NCBI RefSeq assembly: GCF_963921235.1
Contig: NC_086097.1
Location: 212,104,001 to 212,168,000 of the forward strand
Direction: 5' to 3'
Source: Mobula hypostoma
Taxonomy: Eukaryota
DNA length: 64,000 nt
Within the stretch, counting starts at the first letter, position 1, and every line of letters begins with the position of its first letter. Below the pieces are notes generated by a model, which saw only the letters and a list, made by a program, of their open reading frames with translations, was not told where the DNA came from and did not search any database. The translations under genes and the position numbers were made by a program. Shown here one piece after another: positions 12,900 through 64,000 of the stretch.

Positions 12900-15641
12900 A
12901 CAGGAGAGGAACGGCTTCCAGACCGTTCGAGCTGACTGGAATTGCACTGAGAGCGGTAAGCATAAAGGAGGGGGGCTGGCGGTTCTGGTAAATAACAGAT
13001 GGTGCAATCCTGGGCATATTACGATCAAGGAACATGTCTGTAGCCCGGATATTGAACTTTTTGCTGTTGGACTCCAGCCATATTATTTGCCAAAGGAAAT
13101 CTCGCATGCAATTGTGGTTGTTGTGTACATCCCTCCTTCTGCCAACCGGACATCGGCGTGTAACATCATTTACACTGTCATTGCCAGATTACAAACCCAG
13201 CACCCGAGTGCCCTCATTACCATCTGGGGTGACTTCAACCAGGTTACCATGGCTAAAACACTGCCCAACTTCATGCAGTATGTAAGCTGTACAACCAGAG
13301 GGGAGAGGACTCTGGATTTAATGTACGCTAACGTTAAGGATGCATACAGCTCCTCTCCCCTCCCCCCACTGGGAAGGTCAGATCACAACCTGGTGCATCT
13401 AAAACCCTGCTACGTGCCTCTGGTGAAGAGTAAACCTGCAACCTCGAGGACAGTGAGGAAATGGTCGGAGGAGGCTTATGAGGCGCTCCAGGGTTGTTTT
13501 GAGGTGACAGACTGGCAGGCACTCTGTGAGCCACATGGAGAGGATATTGACGGGCTCACAGAGTGCATCACTGATTACATCAACTTCTGTGTGGACTGCA
13601 ATGTTCCGATAAGAACTGTCCTTTGTTATTCAAATAACAAGCCATGGGCGACAAAGGACATTAACGACATCCTGAACGCTAAAAAGAGGGGGTTTAGAGA
13701 TGGAAATAGGGAGGAGCTGAGGCAATACAGAGGGACCTGAAAGCCAGGATCAGGGAGGCTAAAGACAGGTACAGGAGGAAGCTTGAGTGGAAACTCCAGC
13801 AGAACAACATGAGAGAGAGGTCTGGATGGGGATGAGGACCATCACTGGGTTCCGGCAACCTAGCAACAGAGGAGCAGAAGGCAGTGCGGACAGGGCCAAT
13901 GAACTTAACCTGTTCTTTAACAGATTTGGCATTGTGGCCCCTGCCCATCCCACACATGAGCCATCTGCTGTCGGCCCCCGACCAACACATATTGCACTCT
14001 CTCCTCCTACCCCTCCTCACAGTCCCCCACCCTGCTCTCATGACTATACCCCTCCCCCACACAAAACCACCACGGTGGGTGTCACAGCTGAACAGGTGAG
14101 AAGACAGCTGAAACGTCTCAACCCAAGCAAGGCTGCAGGACCGGATGGTGTCAGTACCAGGGTGCTCAAAGCCTGTGCCCCTCAGCTATGTGGAGTACTT
14201 TGCCATGTATTCAACCTGAGCCTGAGGCTCCGGAGGGTTCCTGTACTGTGGAAGGCATCCTGCCTCGTCCCTGTGCTGAAGACACCGCGCCCCAGCGGCC
14301 TCAATGACTACAGACCGGTGGCATTGACCTCCCACATCATGAAGACCCTGGAGAGACTTGTTCTGGAGCTGCTCCGGCCTATGGTCAGGCCACACTTGGA
14401 TCCCCTCCAGTTCGCCTACCAGCCCCGACTAGGTGTTGAGGATGCCATCGTCTACCTGCTGAACAGTGTCTACGCCCACCTGGACAAGCCAGCGAGCACT
14501 GTGAGGGTCACGTTTTTTTTCACTTCTCCAGTGCGTTCAACACCATCCGCCCTGCTCTGCTGGGGGAGAAGCTGACAGCGATGCAGGTGGATGCTTCTCT
14601 GGTATCATGGATTCTTGATTACCTGACTGGCAGACCACAGTACGTGTGCTTGCAACACTGTGTGTCCGACAGAGTGATTAGCAGCACTGGGGCTCCACAG
14701 GGGACTGGCTTGTCTCCCTTTCTCTTCACCATTTACACCTCGGACTTCAACTACTGCACAGAGTCTTGTCATCTTCAGAAGTTTTCGGATGACTCTGCCA
14801 TAGTTGGATGCATCAGCAAGGGAGATGAAGCTGAGTACAGGGCTACGGTAGGAAACTTTGTCACATGGTGTGAGCAGAATTATCTGCAGCTTAATGTGAA
14901 AAAGACTAAGGAGTTGGTGGTAGACCTGAGGAGAGCTAAGGTACCGGTGACCCCTGTTTCCATCCAGGGGGGTCAGTGTGGACATGGTGGAAGATTACAA
15001 ATACCTGGGGATACAAATTAACAATAAACTGGACTGGTCAAAGAACACTGAGGCTGTCTACAAGAAGGGTCAGAGCCGTCTCTATTTCCTGATGAGACTG
15101 AGGTCCTTTAACATCTGCCAGACGATGCTGAGGATGTTCTACGAGTCTGTGGTGGCCAGTGCTATCATGTTTGCTGTTGTGTGCTGGGGCAGCAGGCTGA
15201 GGCTAGCAGACACCAACAGAATCAACAAACTCATTCGTAAGGCCAGTGATGTTGTGGGGATGGAACTGGACTCTCTCACGGTGGTGTCTGAAAAGAGGAT
15301 GCTGTCTAAGTTGCATGCCATCTTGGTCAATGTCTCCCATCCACTACATAATGTACTGGGTGGGCACAGGAGTACATTCAGCCAGAGACTCATTCCACCG
15401 AGATGCAACACAGAGCATCATAGGAAGTCATTCCTGCCTGTGGCCATCAAACTTTACAACTCCTCCCTTGGAGGGTCAGACACCCTGAGCCAATAGGTTC
15501 GTCCTGGACTTATTTCATAATTTACTGGCATAATTTACATATTACTATTTAACTATGTATGGTTCTATTACTATTTATTATTTATGGTGCAACTGTAACA
15601 AAAACCAATTTCCCCCGGGATCGATAAAGTATGACTATGAC
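12900..15641 (+). mobile_element. Rex1/Babar-like LINE (APE + RT), young, with a few frameshifts
   Basis: Overlapping ORFs with VYIPP, GDFN, SDHN, KAAGPDG, DYRPVALTS, GAPQG, FSDD, YKYLG; (ATGACT)n tail. Confidence 0.9.
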
Positions 15642-17453
15642 ACAATCCACTGGCAAGGCAAGGAAGGAGTGAGGATGATCTGGGCCTTCACCTGACAAAA
15701 TACTTCTAGTGTTCCTCGTCATCATGATCATCCTAATTTATCAGTGACACACATATTGCAGGAACACCCTTCATCTAAGCATCGGCTCAACACTAGATTA
15801 TGTTATCATCAAAGAAAAGGATTCCAAATATTCTCACTTGATAGGCACTGAAACTGCTCGACTGCTTAACGCACATCATTATCTCTACAACGAATCTCTA
15901 AACATCAAAAGATTTAACATCAAGAATGCAAACAAGGTAAGATTTCTCAGAAAATGCCACACAGACATCACATCAACTCCCTGCCTACAAAAGGCACAAA
16001 GTGTCCATCTACTGTGAAGGCCACCATAACTGGCACCTGTGAAGAGACTGCGGATACTTCCTCAAACCAGCAGGACTGGTTTGATGACAATTACCAGATT
16101 ATCATCTAGTTAATTAACCTCAAGAGTAAACCATTTCTTGATTGGATGTTCCATCTTTGCTCCAGGCAAAAATAACAGCTTTACGAGTAATTGAAAAAAA
16201 AAGGCGCAACAGGAACAAATAGTGGATGGAGAGAACAACTTGCCAACAGCCATGAAATGCATGGGAACTGCGTAAACCTATCTGGGACAGAGTACCAGTT
16301 GACACCTGCTGACAGAAATACCTCAAAGACTCAACTATAACCCCTTCCTTAATGCGAGTGCCCTTGACCCCATCCCATAGCCTTTCCATCTATCCGCTGG
16401 ACCAACCTCAATTCAAGAAATTCACATCTCAACTCAGAAATAAAAGATTTTACATTCTGTATCCACATGACCAAAATCTGACACCAACCTTCAACATATG
16501 CAGCATACACTGCTCTTCCACAATAAATGTTCACAGCAAGACCCTGGAAAATGTAACCCACTTCTCATATTTCAGGGGCCACTTCTTGGCATAGGGAAAC
16601 ATTAAAAATGAAATTCACCACCACAGCCTTTAGTTGATAGAAGAACAGAGTTTTTGAAGATCAATGCCTTAAACTTAGCTGAAATCTCATTGTCTACCAA
16701 GCAACAGTGATCCTCATGCTCCCAATTGCTTCTGAAACCTGAACTACCTATATCATACAGCTCTAGTATAAGAGCACTAAGAGAATTCTAAGACAATACA
16801 ATGGAAGCATATTAAGCCTTTGCATAAACTGTGGTATGAGCAGACCAAGTCACAAACTGACCACCCTCTGGCTACCAACACCTGCCCGATTTGTGGAAGA
16901 GTCTCTGATTCCCACCAAAAAGCCTTATTACCCACCTCAAAACCCAGAGTGGAAATGAGTCATCCTCTATCCCGAGAGACAACCCAAGCAGGAGAGAAGA
17001 CTTAAAAGGAAGGAAACAGAAAGAGGAAGATAGTGAATAAAGTCAAGGATACCTCCTGCTCATCTTTACAGTAGTTTGGGAATGGTTCAGGGATACCTAA
17101 CAATCCCATGTCATTTTCTGAAGCACAATTTTTCTCTTTGTCCTGAACAAGATTCTTTCTTCAATCACCATTACAATTTGCTAGTTGTGATTAAGTTGTC
17201 CTTAATTAAGATTTACGTTTAATCTCTTTAACAATTGAAGTAATTTAAACTTCATTGTGTTTTAAATGCTTATTCAAGGTGGTAAAATGCATAATAAATG
17301 CTTTTTTAAGATACAGATTGCTCTTTGCTTCAAAATGGATTTATTTTTTCCCTTCATCTGAAACAATGACACTGTCATTTTATCCCACTTTGCATCAATA
17401 GTTGGCAAGGAAGGAAAACCTTTGATTAAAATACTTGCAGTTTGGTTACTTAC

Positions 17454-64000
<46,547 letters not shown>

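Noticed and set aside
1..17453. Next NSMAF exon (expected VDTISLN...IWD-like peptide)
   Set aside because: No matching peptide with splice sites found by eye; the region is almost all transposon, so the exon probably lies outside the window

Overview
Vertebrate intronic DNA, very rich in repeats. The CR1, Penelope, Tc1, hAT and RTE content suggests a cartilaginous fish, but that is inference. The only host gene is NSMAF/FAN on the minus strand: 11 coding exons (63929 to 17454) with canonical GT-AG sites and consistent phases, encoding 341 codons from the end of the BEACH domain into the WD40 repeats. Both gene ends lie outside what I could identify. The rest is nested transposons. Highlights: (1) a very young Neptune-type Penelope insertion forming a 5-kb head-to-head inverted repeat (2.2-kb arms, 523-bp spacer, 12-bp TSD) with open RT and GIY-YIG frames; (2) minimal hammerhead ribozyme motifs in the Penelope tails; (3) an 82-bp fold-back insertion centred on the hammerhead stem III palindrome; (4) an HDV-like ribozyme fold, with an L3 hairpin insertion, at the exact 5' end of a non-autonomous RTE-like element; (5) a DNA transposon family with 6-bp TSDs.
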